From Azolla caroliniana (lineage: Eukaryota > Plantae > Polypodiophyta): DNA of 64,000 nt. The translations under genes and the position numbers were made by a program. The notes below the pieces were generated by a model, which was not told the DNA's origin, made no database searches, and was given only the letters and a program-made list of their open reading frames with translations. The stretch lies in assembly GCA_043228905.1 (NCBI GenBank), contig JBHGNT010000004.1, positions 12,338,001-12,402,000 on the forward strand. Reading direction: 5' to 3'. This document shows, piece after piece, positions 61,954 through 64,000 of this stretch (positions are counted from its first letter, which is position 1; every line of letters begins with the position of its first letter).

Positions 61954-64000
61954 TCTCATAGACATGATGGAATGTAGGGGGTTAAACCCATGATATCCTA
62001 GTCATATTGGGGAACCTTGCCAATTGAACTACTTCCATCTATGCATTATTGTATTGTATAAGTTTCAATTTATTACATTCTATGTTAATCACTAGAACTT
62101 TCAAGAAACTTCAGTAGAATGCATCTTCAGGCCCTCTCTAGAAGTTTCCATGCACTCTCTAAATGTTTCCTAGCTTGTATGCATACCACCACATTCTTGT
62201 ATAAATACTTCGGTGCACCTTGATTACAATCAAGGTGAACAACACCAAATACGGAAGCATAATTTAGTTCTTGCTCTTTTGTCTACCTTCTCTCTCTCTT
62301 GTTCTCTTGTCAATGCTCTCTCTCTCTATCTATATATCTATCTTTCGCTCTCTCTTAATATTTAGCTCGCCTACTTATCCCTGTCCTGGTCTACCCATCC
62401 ATGACAATTTGTTCACCTTCCCTTTTTGTTACCATGTCCGACTCGGCCTTAAGCCAAGTAATGGCACCCTTCACCCGTTGAGCCTCACCTTCCGTTAGCA
62501 CCTAACCCAAACCCTTCCTCTTCCAATTCATATGTCCTCGAACCTAACGTCAGCCTATCTAACAAAATTCAAGGGCTCGAGGGCGCATCTTCGTGGCTTC
62601 ATCAATCAAAATCGGCTTATCATCCGCTTACAACCCCAACGTTATGCTAGTGATTTCTCTCGGGTCGGCCTCGTTGGCACCCTTCTCTCAATGCCGGCAC
62701 AGGTGTGGTTTGCACCATTGATCGAGACCTCATCCCCACTCTTTGACAACTTTCCTACCTTCCTTGCGGATTTTGAAGCCACATTCAGAGAGACAAATCG
62801 ACGACAAACGACACTCATGAAACTCTATTCCTTACACCAAGGCTCTCGTCCAGCTTCCGTCTATGCTTCAGAGTTTCATCAGATTGCATGCGATGTCAAC
62901 TGGGATGACCAAGCTTTATGCGACTAGTTTCGTTGAGGCCTCAGAAATGATGTCAAGACTCTTCTCTTAAACTTTCCGGAGCCCACATCATTGTTCCAGG
63001 TAATCTCCCAAGTCATTCAATGTGATAATCGTCTTTTCGAGCTTTGACAAGAGGAATGGGGGACTCGAGGCTTTCCGTCTTCCTCCTGCAATGCTCCACT
63101 CACAAGGCCATATATATAAGTTTTGCCAAGCATGCCACGGTTGCCATCTTCCAATGATACTCATACCCCGAGGGAGGTCGACCCCTGTACCCCAATGGAG
63201 ATCGACCATGCTCGGTTCCAACCATTAACCGATGTCCAACGGCAACATCGATTTGACAATGGCCTCTGCCTCTATTGTGGTACCCCCGGCCATGTCATCC
63301 GCCACTGCTTGATGCGTGGCCCTCGTTATGAATCCCACCGTGCACGTCTTGCAGAGGTTTCTCGACAACAAGAAAATGATCGTGCACGTCTTGTAGAGGT
63401 TTTTGAACAACATGAAATCAAGCAAGTCCAGCTACAGTAGGAGCCATGCCATTGGACACTTCCCGTCCATACTTCTCTATGCTCCTACAATTCAGTCACG
63501 CCAGCAGGGTTCTCTCTTCGGGGGCGGTTACTGAAGCCACTGTCCCGTTGGTACCTCAAGTCGGGTTCCACCATGAGGTATTAACATTCTATCTCATTGC
63601 AACCTCTCAACATCCGATTGTTTTAGGGGTCTCCTAGTTGGAAACACACAATCCGATGGTGGATTGGTGTAGCCACTCCATCACCTTTCCACAAACACCA
63701 GTGCGGGTCTCTTCCACAAACATCGTTACTTCTGTGGAGGCTGCTTTCAGTTTGGCTGCACATTCTTCTTATTTCAACTCAATATCCGACATTGCCGATT
63801 CCGTTGTGGTCGATTCTAGCATGGTCGCTTCCGTGCCCGTTGTGTCATAGGACATCTTGGTTCCTGTCACCAATTTGTCTGCAAGATATAGCGATTTTTT
63901 GGTCGTGTTCGAAAAGTGAAATGTTGACCGGTTACCGGCACATCACCCCTATGATTGCCCAATCGAACTCCAAGATGGCGCACATCCACCATTTGGGCTC
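61954..64000 (+). mobile_element. Gypsy I (Tcn1-like): 5' LTR ~61954-62406, decayed gag and start of pol
   Basis: LTR ends CCATGACA at 62406, TATAAATA at 62200. Gag paralogous to H (PMEID, CLYCG..GH..C), followed by HPIVLG and LP.HHPYDCPIEL. Confidence 0.85.

Noticed and set aside
1-64000. Host protein-coding, rRNA or organellar genes
   Set aside because: None recognised; all identifiable coding sequence is transposon-derived.

Overview
Eukaryotic, gene-free heterochromatin-like window made almost entirely of nested transposable elements. The mix of families (self-priming Tcn1-like chromoviruses, tRNA-Trp-primed fungal-like Gypsy) suggests a bryophyte or other seed-free plant; this is inference. 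Contents: a decayed, intron-containing DDD DNA transposase (Sola2-like) with a convergent accessory gene (1-6420); two young, apparently intact LTR elements with matching TSDs (chromoviral Gypsy 31832-38932 on -, Tnt1/Tork-like Copia 41614-47104 on +); a three-level nest (Gypsy RT > Copia A 15035-28096 > Gypsy B 16086-24155); an RTE-X-like LINE split by the chromovirus; an Athila/Tat-like Gypsy with a large extra ORF; two solo LTRs; and many fragments. The most striking unexplained signal is a recurrent tRNA-like Pol III A-box/B-box module with tRNA spacing (42-44 nt) in the LTRs of several unrelated Gypsy families, mostly antisense and upstream of the Pol II TATA box. Also seen: an 11-nt self-priming site, -1 frameshift hairpins, 4-bp TSDs, extreme CCGG enrichment in the youngest Copia, RY-motif clusters and a 37-bp foldback. 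All alignments and counts were done by eye.
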